Shown: positions 1-6,740 of the stretch, piece after piece
How the letters are laid out: each line of letters opens with the position of its first letter
How positions within the stretch are numbered: position 1 is the first letter of the stretch
NCBI GenBank assembly: GCA_031441465.1
Contig: JANOEP010000002.1
Location: 1-15,181 of the forward strand
Length of the DNA stretch: 15,181 bases
Origin: a bacterium
GTDB lineage: Bacteria; Krumholzibacteriota; Krumholzibacteriia; LZORAL124-64-63
Direction: 5' to 3'
Notes under the pieces: model-generated
What the model saw: the letters and a program-made list of their open reading frames with translations, nothing else
Database searches by the model: none
What the model was told of the DNA's origin: nothing
Made by a program: the position numbers and the translations under genes

Positions 1-547
1 AGCCGAGCAGGGTCAGCGGCAGGCCGAGATCGTTGTTCAGATTGCCGGCGGTCGCGTGGACGCGGGCGACGGCGCCGGCCAGCGCCGCCAGCAGGTCCTT
101 GGTGGTGGTCTTGCCGTTGGTGCCGGTGACGGCGGCGAGACGCGCCGGACAGAGCGTGCGCCAGCGGCCGGCGAGCACGGCCAGCGCGGCCTCGGGGTCG
201 CGGCTGAGCAGCACCGTCGCGCCGGCGGGCGCCGGACCGTCGAACAGCGGGTCGGGCGGCGTGCCGTCCCAGCGACGGGTCAGCGCCGCCGTGACGCCGG
301 AACGCAGGGCGTCCGGGACGTGGCGACGGCCGTCCGTCCGCTCGCCGGCCAAGCCCACGAAGAGCCGGCCCGCCTGCGCAACGCGCGAGTCGAGCGACGC
401 GCCGTGGAAGCTGGTGTCGGGCAGCGCCGACGGGTCGGTCGCGAACACCCAGGCGCCGCCGCGCGCGACGCCCGCGCCGTCCCACAGGTTCGCGGCCGCC
501 AGGTCCGTTCCCGCGCGACGCAGGTCGTAGCCGCGATCAGGCGTCAC
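1..547 (-). CDS. murF: UDP-N-acetylmuramoyl-tripeptide--D-alanyl-D-alanine ligase (5' part; runs off the window start)
   Basis: Not in the ORF track, translated by hand from GTG at 547 (GGAGGT 5 nt upstream). Reads MTPDRGYDL...SLDSR...LFVGLAGERTDGRRHV...AVTGTNGKTTTKDLL...TAGNLNNDLGLPLTLLG. Contains the Mur-ligase P-loop and the MurF-typical GNxNNxxGxPxTL motif. Lies directly after murE with an 11-bp overlap. Confidence 0.95.
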   Translation of the reverse strand, partial: MTPDRGYDLRRAGTDLAAANLWDGAGVARGGAWVFATDPSALPDTSFHGASLDSRVAQAGRLFVGLAGERTDGRRHVPDALRSGVTAALTRRWDGTPPDPLFDGPAPAGATVLLSRDPEAALAVLAGRWRTLCPARLAAVTGTNGKTTTKDLLAALAGAVARVHATAGNLNNDLGLPLTLLG

Positions 548-2072
548 GGGCCACCTCCGCGATCCAGTCCCGCACCAGCCGGCGGTCGTCCAGGTCGAGG
601 CGACGGTCGCCCACCAGCTGGTAGTCCTCGTGGCCCTTGCCGGCGATCACGATCGTGTCGCCGTCGACCGCGGCGGCCAACGCCCCGCGGATCGCCGCGG
701 CGCGGTCCGGTTCCAGGCGGCAGGCGGTCGAGCGCGGGGAGGTCTCGGCCCGGAACCCGTCGGCGATCTGGTTGCAGATCTCGCCGGGCTCCTCGCTGCG
801 CGGGTTGTCCGAGGTGATCCACGTCGCGTCGGCCAGCCGCGCCGCGACGGCGCCCATCAGGGGCCGCTTGCCGCGGTCGCGGTCGCCGCCGCAGCCGAAG
901 ACCGCGACGAGCCGGCGCGGCGAGAGTTCGCGGCAGGACTGCAGGACCGCGGCCAGGGCGTCGGGCGTGTGCGCGTAGTCGACGACCGCCGTGGCCCCCG
1001 AAAGCAGCGCGAAACTTTCCATGCGCCCGGGCACCTGTTCGGCCGCGGACAGGGCGGCGAGGCAGTCCGACGACGGGTAATCCAGCGCGAGGCCCGCGGC
1101 CAGGGCGGCGGTCAGGTTCTCGACGTTGAAACGGCCCACCAGGCGGCTCTCCAGTTCGAGCCGCGCGCCGCGCCAGTCCAACTGCAGGCGGGTCCCGCCG
1201 CGGCGCAGGTCGGCGGCGCGCACCGCGAGATCGGCCGCCGCGCCCGGACGACGGCCCGTGGCGTAACGAACGACGCGCAGCCCCGCGGTGGCCAGGTCGT
1301 CGAAAGCCGGTTCGTCGGCGTTCAGCACCGCGACACCGTCGGGCTTGCCGCGCCGGTCGCCCCGCAGCAGGTCCAGGATGCGCGCCTTGGCCCGCAGGTA
1401 GTCGTCGAGGTCGGCGTGGTAGTCCAGATGGTCCCGCGAGAGGTTCGTCATGACCGCGGCGTCCAGCGCGAGGTCGGCCGTGCGGCCCTGGTCCAGGGCG
1501 TGGGACGACACTTCCAGCGCCACGGCCCGCCGGCCGTGCCCGCGCATCTCGGCCAGCAGACCGTAGAGGGTGGGGCCGTCGGGCGTGGTCAACGGCGCCG
1601 CGACGCTGCGCGCCCCGGTCTCGTAGCGGATGGTGCCCAGCAGGCCGCAGGGGCCCGCGCAGCGCTCGAGCAGCCGCCGCAGCAGCCAGGCCGTGGTCGT
1701 CTTGCCGTTGGTGCCGGTGACCCCGACCACGCACAGCGCCGCGTCGGGCCGCCCGGCGACCTCGCGCGCCAGCCGCGCGGGCCAGGGCCGCGTCCCCCGC
1801 ACGCGCAGGACCGGCACGCCCGCCGACGCCAGCATGTCTGTGCGGAGCGGGGCGTCCTCTTCGACGAGCACGGCCGCGCAACCGGCGGCGGCGGCGGCGG
1901 CGAGGTGGGTGTGCCCGTCGGCCGCCGCGCCGCGCACGGCGACGAACAGCACGCCCGGTGCGCAGCGGCGCGAGTCGACCGCGACGCCGGACACGCCGAT
2001 CGGCGCCGACGGCAGCGGCGCGTCGGTCGCGAGTTGCGGGAAGCCCGCCAGGAGTTGCGCCAGCGTCACCAT
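537..2072 (-). CDS. murE: UDP-N-acetylmuramoyl-L-alanyl-D-glutamate--2,6-diaminopimelate ligase
   Basis: Motifs DSR, GVTGTNGKTT, LTTPD, LEVSSHALDQGR, NLSRDHLDYH, VDYAHTPDAL, FGCGGDRDRGKRPLMG, TSDNPRSE (DNPR indicates meso-DAP specificity) and AGKGHEDYQ. The start may instead be GTG at 2069, which overlaps the ftsI stop (GTGA). Confidence 0.97.
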   Translation of the reverse strand: MVTLAQLLAGFPQLATDAPLPSAPIGVSGVAVDSRRCAPGVLFVAVRGAAADGHTHLAAAAAAGCAAVLVEEDAPLRTDMLASAGVPVLRVRGTRPWPARLAREVAGRPDAALCVVGVTGTNGKTTTAWLLRRLLERCAGPCGLLGTIRYETGARSVAAPLTTPDGPTLYGLLAEMRGHGRRAVALEVSSHALDQGRTADLALDAAVMTNLSRDHLDYHADLDDYLRAKARILDLLRGDRRGKPDGVAVLNADEPAFDDLATAGLRVVRYATGRRPGAAADLAVRAADLRRGGTRLQLDWRGARLELESRLVGRFNVENLTAALAAGLALDYPSSDCLAALSAAEQVPGRMESFALLSGATAVVDYAHTPDALAAVLQSCRELSPRRLVAVFGCGGDRDRGKRPLMGAVAARLADATWITSDNPRSEEPGEICNQIADGFRAETSPRSTACRLEPDRAAAIRGALAAAVDGDTIVIAGKGHEDYQLVGDRRLDLDDRRLVRDWIAEVARDA

Positions 2073-4189
2073 CGCTCCACCATCTTCACCGCGATCCCTT
2101 CGGTCCCGATCGGCAAACCCGGCAGCGGGGTCTGTTCACCCACGTAGCCGGTCCCCTCGCAGCGCAACGGCACGCCGAGGCGCGCGGCCTCGCGCCGCAC
2201 GTCGCGGTTGGACCAGCCGAGCAGGTCGGGGCAAAGCCGGGCATCGGCGCCGGCCGGAGCGCGGGCCGGGGCCACGGTCACGGTGACGGTCTCCCCGGGC
2301 AGGCACTTCGTGCCCGCGCCGGGCACCTGGGCCACGACCATGCCCTCCCCCACGGCGCCCGCGAGGTGCAGGCCGGCCCCGGCGACGGCCTCCCGCGCCG
2401 CGGCGGCCGACAGGTAGAGCAGGTCCGGCACGGGCGTCGCCCCGCTGCGGTCGCGGCGGGGCAGCCGGACGTGCGCCGCCGATTCCGCGCCCACCAGCCA
2501 GTCCGTGCCGCGTCCGATCTCCTGGACGATCCGCCCGAAAAGCGGGGCCGCGCTCTGCGAGGCGTAGTGGTGCGCGTAGTCGGGTTCGTCCAGCATCGTC
2601 AGGATCACCAGGCGCGGCTCCCTGGCGGGCACCATCCCCAGGAACGTCGACATGTACTTGCCCGGCTGATAGCCCAGTTTCGGCAGGGCCTTCTGGGCCG
2701 TGCCGGTCTTGCCGCCGCACTCGATCCACTCCAGCCCGGCGGCCCGCCCGGTGCCGCGGCGCACGACCTCGGCCATCGAGTCGCGCAGCAGGGCCGCCAC
2801 CTCGGCCGACATGACGCGGCGCAGGACTTCGGGCTCGCCGCGCTCGACGACCGTGCCGTCCTTGTTGCGGATCTCGGCGATGAGCCGCGGCGCGAGCAGC
2901 ATCCCGCCGTTGGCCACCGCGGCGGCCGCCATCGCCAGCTGGATCGGCGTGGCCAGCAGTTCCTGGCCGATCGCGATGGTCGACTGCGTGCGCCGCGACC
3001 ATTTCTTCGGCTCCTGCAACGCGCCGCGCGTGCGGCCGGGGTAGAGCACGTCGTCGAGGACGCCGAAGCCCATTTTGGTGAGGTCCTCGTAGAACTCCTC
3101 GCGCTCCAGCCCGAGCACGGTGCGCGCGAAATAGACGTTGCTGGAGTGGACGAACGCGTTCAGGAACGAGATGCGCCCGAAGTCGTGACCCTCGGAGTTG
3201 TGGATCTTGTAGCGGTCGAACTGGATGTTGTCGCAGTCGTAGACGGTGACGGTGTCGAGCGCGGAACGGTCGAGCAGCGCGGCTGTGGTGAAGATCTTGA
3301 AGATCGACCCCGGCTCGTACGCCCCCGTGAAGACAAAGTTGTCCCAAGCTTCGGGCCCCTTCGCGTCGCTGCGCGCGCCGAGCACGGGCGTGTCGGCGGC
3401 GGCGAGGATGTCGCCGGTGCGCGGGTCGACGATCAGCACGGTGCCGCCGGACGCGCGGCAACTGTCCACGGCCGCGGCGAGTTCCTGTTCGGCGATCAGC
3501 TGGAGGTCGGCGTCGATGGTCAGCTTCACGTCGTGCCCGTCGCGGGGCGGCACGGTCACCTGCAGCCCGTCCGTGTTCGCGCCCGGCCCCATCTTGTAGA
3601 GCAGGCCCTTGCCCGCCTGCCCCGCCAGCTGCCCGTCGTACGAGCATTCGAGACCGGCCGTGAGGTTCTTGCCGCCGCTGTCCGGGTTGCAGAATCCCAG
3701 CAGCGAGGCGCCGGCGCCGCCCATGGGGTACGAGCGGGTGTGCAGCGGCTCCAGCTCGATCCCGGTCAGGCGCCGCAGCGCGTTCAGGGTGTCGCCGTGC
3801 AGGACGGCTTTGCGGTCGATCAGGACGTACTCGCGGTTCGCCTTGGCCCGCCGCAGGCGGCCGGCGAGCACGCCGGCGTCCTGCCCGACCAGGGGCGACA
3901 TCGTCGCCGCCATGGCGTCGGGATCCTGGTCCTGCAGGTTCTTGCCGGAGACGCCCAGGCGCCAGGTGATGATCGACAACGCGAGGGAACGGTCGTTGCG
4001 GTCGTAGATGTTGCCCCGCGCCGCCGGCAGAACCTGTTGGTCCTGCCACTGCTTCTTGGCCAGGGCGAGGTAGTGATCGTGCTGGTAGACCTGCACCTGG
4101 ACCAGGCGCAGCGCCAGGATCAGGAAGGGGATGACCGACAGCCGCTGCAGGAGCCGCAGTCGCGTGCGGTTCGTTCCCCGCCGCATCAT
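2066..4189 (-). CDS. ftsI: Class B penicillin-binding protein (septal transpeptidase FtsI/PBP3) with two C-terminal PASTA-like repeats
   Basis: Start reassigned to ATG 4189 (ATGA overlap with the ftsL stop). N-terminal membrane anchor, then RGNIYDRN, RSYP, GLE and LTIDADLQ. Catalytic motifs SxxK (EPGSIFK), SxN (HSSN) and KTG (GKTGTAQ). C-terminal repeats VPDLLYLS...VVAQVPGAG and CPDLLGWS...VGEQTPLPG. Canonical position between ftsL and murE. Confidence 0.93.
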   Translation of the reverse strand: MMRRGTNRTRLRLLQRLSVIPFLILALRLVQVQVYQHDHYLALAKKQWQDQQVLPAARGNIYDRNDRSLALSIITWRLGVSGKNLQDQDPDAMAATMSPLVGQDAGVLAGRLRRAKANREYVLIDRKAVLHGDTLNALRRLTGIELEPLHTRSYPMGGAGASLLGFCNPDSGGKNLTAGLECSYDGQLAGQAGKGLLYKMGPGANTDGLQVTVPPRDGHDVKLTIDADLQLIAEQELAAAVDSCRASGGTVLIVDPRTGDILAAADTPVLGARSDAKGPEAWDNFVFTGAYEPGSIFKIFTTAALLDRSALDTVTVYDCDNIQFDRYKIHNSEGHDFGRISFLNAFVHSSNVYFARTVLGLEREEFYEDLTKMGFGVLDDVLYPGRTRGALQEPKKWSRRTQSTIAIGQELLATPIQLAMAAAAVANGGMLLAPRLIAEIRNKDGTVVERGEPEVLRRVMSAEVAALLRDSMAEVVRRGTGRAAGLEWIECGGKTGTAQKALPKLGYQPGKYMSTFLGMVPAREPRLVILTMLDEPDYAHHYASQSAAPLFGRIVQEIGRGTDWLVGAESAAHVRLPRRDRSGATPVPDLLYLSAAAAREAVAGAGLHLAGAVGEGMVVAQVPGAGTKCLPGETVTVTVAPARAPAGADARLCPDLLGWSNRDVRREAARLGVPLRCEGTGYVGEQTPLPGLPIGTEGIAVKMVERW

Positions 4190-4656
4190 CGCGAGCGATC
4201 GGCGGCGGCGGCCGCCGCGACTCTCTCGCCGCTGCCGACCGACGCCACGACCCGCTGCCACAGGGGCTGCTCGCCGGCGCTTTCCTGGCCGGCCATGACC
4301 ACGATCAAGCCCGGGGCGTCGGAACGCTGCAGCCCGAGTTCCCGCTGCGCGCGGTCGAGGATGCAGGTCCGTGACGTCTCGGCGTTCCATTGCTGCTCGA
4401 GCAATCCGAGCTGCGTCTCGAGGTAGGCCTTGTCGGCCAGGAGCGATTGCAGGGCCCGACGGCCGGTCACGATCCCGTTGGACAGCGTGATCAGCGAGGA
4501 CAGCACGGCCAAGGCCCCCACGCAGAACGCGGCGGTGACCAGCGGCGTGCGGCCGCGCATCTCGCGGCGGCAGGCCATCGGTCCCGCCCGGCGGCGCAAC
4601 GAGGGCTGGCGGCGGCAGGCCTGGCCGGGTACCCGGATCGTCATGTGCATGGTCAC
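4186..4656 (-). CDS. ftsL: Cell division protein FtsL-like bitopic coiled-coil protein
   Basis: Lies between rsmH and ftsI with 4-bp overlaps on both sides (GTG 4656; ATG 4650 is an alternative start). Basic cytoplasmic N-terminus, one TM helix (LVTAAFCVGALAVLSSLITL), a leucine heptad (LQSLLADKAYLETQLGLLEQQW) and the FtsL-type motif ILDRAQRELGL. Confidence 0.75.
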   Translation of the reverse strand: MTMHMTIRVPGQACRRQPSLRRRAGPMACRREMRGRTPLVTAAFCVGALAVLSSLITLSNGIVTGRRALQSLLADKAYLETQLGLLEQQWNAETSRTCILDRAQRELGLQRSDAPGLIVVMAGQESAGEQPLWQRVVASVGSGERVAAAAAADRSR

Positions 4657-5573
4657 AGCCTTTCCGCGGCCCGCAGCTTCGCGCTGCGCGCCCGCGGGTT
4701 GGTCCCGACCTCGGACGCCGGCGGCACCTCCGGGCGGCGGGTCAGGAGCGTCATCGAACGCCGGTGGCCGCAGACGCAGGCGGGCGTCCGCGGCGGGCAC
4801 AGGCAGTCGCGGCTCTCGCGCGCGAGCCACTGCTTCACGGCGCGGTCTTCCAGCGAGTGGTAGGAGATCACGACCAGGCGCCCGCCCGCGGCCAACCGCG
4901 CCGGCGCCTGCTCCAGGGCGTCCTGCAGGGCGCCCAGCTCATCGTTCACCGCGATGCGCAGGGCCTGGAAGACGCGGCTGAGCGTCGGGGTGAGCACGGG
5001 ACCGCGGCCCACGGCCCCGGCGACGACTTCACGCACCGCGCCGGTCGTGGCCAGCGGCGCCTCGCGGCGCGCGATGGTCATGGCGGCGGCGATGCGCCGC
5101 GAGCGGCGCTCTTCCCCGAAGGTCCACAGCAGCGTCGCCAGCGCGGTCTCGTCCAGTCGAGCCAACAGGTCCGCCGCCGACGGCCCGCCGGCCGGGTCGA
5201 AGCGCAGGTCCAGGGGGGCGTCGACGCGGTAGGTGAAGCCTTTGGACGGCTCGTCGATCTGCAGGGAGCTGACGCCCAGGTCGAGCAGCAGCCCGTCCGC
5301 CCGCTCCCAGCCCGCGGCCGCCAGGGCGCCGGCCAGATCGCGGAACGAACGGTGCTGGAAATGGAAGCGCGACTCGGCGGCCGCCAGGTTGCGCCCGACG
5401 ACGCCGGCGTCGGGATCCAGGTCGAGGCCCAGCACCTCGGCCCCCGTCGCCAACAACGCGCGGGCGTGCCCGCCCTGGCCGAAGGTGCCGTCGATGATCC
5501 GCCGCCCCGGGCCCGCACCCAGCAGCCTCACCGACGTCTCGCGCAGCACGGGGATGTGGGCCGGGGCGTTCAC
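4653..5573 (-). CDS. rsmH: 16S rRNA (cytosine(1402)-N4)-methyltransferase RsmH (MraW)
   Basis: Motifs HIPVL, DGTFGQGGH, LDLGVSSLQID, FGEER, FQALRIAVNDEL, ISYHSLEDR and NPRARSAKLR. The GTG start overlaps the upstream stop (GTGA). Confidence 0.97.
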   Translation of the reverse strand: MNAPAHIPVLRETSVRLLGAGPGRRIIDGTFGQGGHARALLATGAEVLGLDLDPDAGVVGRNLAAAESRFHFQHRSFRDLAGALAAAGWERADGLLLDLGVSSLQIDEPSKGFTYRVDAPLDLRFDPAGGPSAADLLARLDETALATLLWTFGEERRSRRIAAAMTIARREAPLATTGAVREVVAGAVGRGPVLTPTLSRVFQALRIAVNDELGALQDALEQAPARLAAGGRLVVISYHSLEDRAVKQWLARESRDCLCPPRTPACVCGHRRSMTLLTRRPEVPPASEVGTNPRARSAKLRAAERL

Positions 5574-5968
5574 GAAGCACCGGTCCCGCCGGCCGCGGCG
5601 GACGGCGCGACGCGCAACGCCGCCGCCTCGCCGTACTGGTCGCCGAGGATCAGGATCGCCCGGTGGTAGGGATGCCAGCCCGCGAGCAGCAGGGTGTGGC
5701 CGTAGTCGCGCAGATGGCGGTGCCAGGCGACGAGATCGCGCACCGCCCGGAAGTCGAGGTGGGCGAGCCCGCGCCCGTCCAGGACGATCTGGCAGTCCCG
5801 GCGCTGGAGGCGCGGCCGGACCGCGGCGACGAGCCGCTGGAGCATGGGGCGATCCAGTACACCGGAGAGAGTGACCCGAACGTCACCGTCGCGTTCGCGA
5901 ATCTCGAAGCCGAGGCCACCCTCAAGAACGTACAGTTGCGGCGGCCGTCGGGTCGACTCTCCCGGCAT
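5570..5968 (-). CDS. STAS-domain (anti-sigma-factor-antagonist/MlaB fold) protein lacking the phosphoacceptor serine
   Basis: 132 aa, with purine-rich GAAGGGAAGGGAAG just before the ATG and a stop overlapping the rsmH start. The pattern VRVTLSGVLD...IVLDGRGLAHLDFRAVRDLVAW...GHTLLLAGWHPYHRAIL follows the STAS consensus (GxLD...vvlDxxxvxfiDSsg...g.xl.l....p.v..il). Confidence 0.75.
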   Translation of the reverse strand: MPGESTRRPPQLYVLEGGLGFEIRERDGDVRVTLSGVLDRPMLQRLVAAVRPRLQRRDCQIVLDGRGLAHLDFRAVRDLVAWHRHLRDYGHTLLLAGWHPYHRAILILGDQYGEAAALRVAPSAAAGGTGAS

Positions 5969-6065
5969 GGGCTTCCCTTCCCTTCGTCGGCCCGCCCTCC
6001 GTGGCGAGCCCAGGCTCCCTCCGACCTCGCGGCCGCCGATCCGTCGGCGACCCTTCTGCTCCGGC
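5969..6065 (-). promoter_or_regulatory. Structured intercistronic leader with repeated ANGGA motifs (candidate post-transcriptional control element)
   Basis: On the minus-strand RNA there is a 9-bp hairpin GGUCGCCGA-CGGA-UCGGCGGCC (6052-6031). A second stem GUCGG/CCGAC (6025-6021 with 5990-5986) encloses two small hairpins. ANGGA occurs at 6044-6040, 6020-6016, 6002-5998, 5983-5979 and 5978-5974. Confidence 0.35.
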
Positions 6066-6545
6066 TCAGCGCCGGACGAAGAAAAACGTGTTCATGAATT
6101 CCTTCGACGGCGCCTCCTGCGCCTGGTTGGTCTCGTCGTAGGCCTGCTTGTCCCACAGTTCCAGGTAGTGCCCCATCCCCACCAGCACGATGCGCTCCGA
6201 GATGCCGACCCTCTGGAGGATGTCGATGGGGACGGTGACGCGGCCCTGCTGGTCCGGCACGATGTCCGTGCTCTGGCCGCTGAGGCGACGTATCTGATCG
6301 CGCCACTGCTCGTCCTGGCCCTGCTGCTGGGCCATCAGGAACGACGCGTCCCACTCCTCGCGCGGGAACAGGGCGAGGCTCTTCGCCGAGGCGACCGTCA
6401 CCACGTACTTCTCGTCCTCGACCATGACGCCGCCGCACCGGAACTTCGCGGGCAGGTTGAAGCGGCCCTTGCCATCCACGACGCGCTCCTGGGCGCCCGT
6501 GAACGGGGACCTCCTGCGGCTGCCGTCGTGGGTCTGGTCGGTCAT
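6066..6545 (-). CDS. mraZ: Transcriptional regulator MraZ
   Basis: Two AbrB/SpoVT-like repeats with the DxxGR signatures (FTGAQERVVDGKGRFNLPAKFR and VPDQQGRVTVP) plus LVGMGHYLELWD. First gene of the dcw cluster. Confidence 0.95.
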   Translation of the reverse strand: MTDQTHDGSRRRSPFTGAQERVVDGKGRFNLPAKFRCGGVMVEDEKYVVTVASAKSLALFPREEWDASFLMAQQQGQDEQWRDQIRRLSGQSTDIVPDQQGRVTVPIDILQRVGISERIVLVGMGHYLELWDKQAYDETNQAQEAPSKEFMNTFFFVRR

Positions 6546-6586
6546 GGCGGCGCGGAATCCTGTCGCTGGGGGGGCGTTCCTTCTGT

Positions 6587-6612
6587 CACCACTTCAAACC
6601 ACTCATCACCAA
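6587..6612 (-). promoter_or_regulatory. MraZ-binding direct repeats (three boxes, 10-bp period)
   Basis: The minus strand reads TTGGTG-atga-GTGGTT-tgaa-GTGGTG. This matches the GTGG(A/T)G-N4 repeat arrangement known for MraZ operators and lies just downstream of the predicted transcription start. Confidence 0.8.
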
Positions 6613-6625
6613 TGAACGCCTCAGC

Positions 6626-6654
6626 ACCTTAGTCCTTCACCAAATCAGTGTCAA
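6626..6654 (-). promoter_or_regulatory. Sigma70-type promoter of the dcw operon (Pmra)
   Basis: Perfect -35 TTGACA (6654-6649), a 17-bp spacer and -10 TAAGGT (6631-6626, fits TAnnnT). It sits in the only AT-rich stretch of the window. Predicted TSS is about 6619-6620. Confidence 0.85.
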
Positions 6655-6740
6655 GGGGGTAAGAACGATATTTTCCAAAATCGTCATCATATTGATTTAT
6701 AAGGAGTTGATCGAAGAATGAGGGGGGTCGCTGGTCGAAA

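Noticed and set aside
1884..1902. (GGC)n trinucleotide run in murE, with similar runs elsewhere
   Set aside because: Encodes a poly-Ala stretch in frame, which is ordinary in high-GC coding DNA.
2066..2440. PASTA repeats on FtsI in a probable diderm
   Set aside because: PASTA-bearing division PBPs are already known in Firmicutes and Bacteroidota, so this is not unusual by itself.
4770..4810. Cys cluster CLCPPRTPACVC in RsmH as a novel metal site
   Set aside because: A CxCPP...CxC insert is a common variant in RsmH proteins from many phyla.
5969..6065. Assignment of the spacer to a known riboswitch class or an intrinsic terminator
   Set aside because: I could not match any riboswitch consensus by eye and the hairpin has no U-tract. 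Kept only as an unassigned structured element.
6587..6612. Short direct repeats considered as a CRISPR remnant or iterons
   Set aside because: Only 6-bp units at a 10-bp period with no cas or rep genes nearby. Better explained as MraZ boxes.
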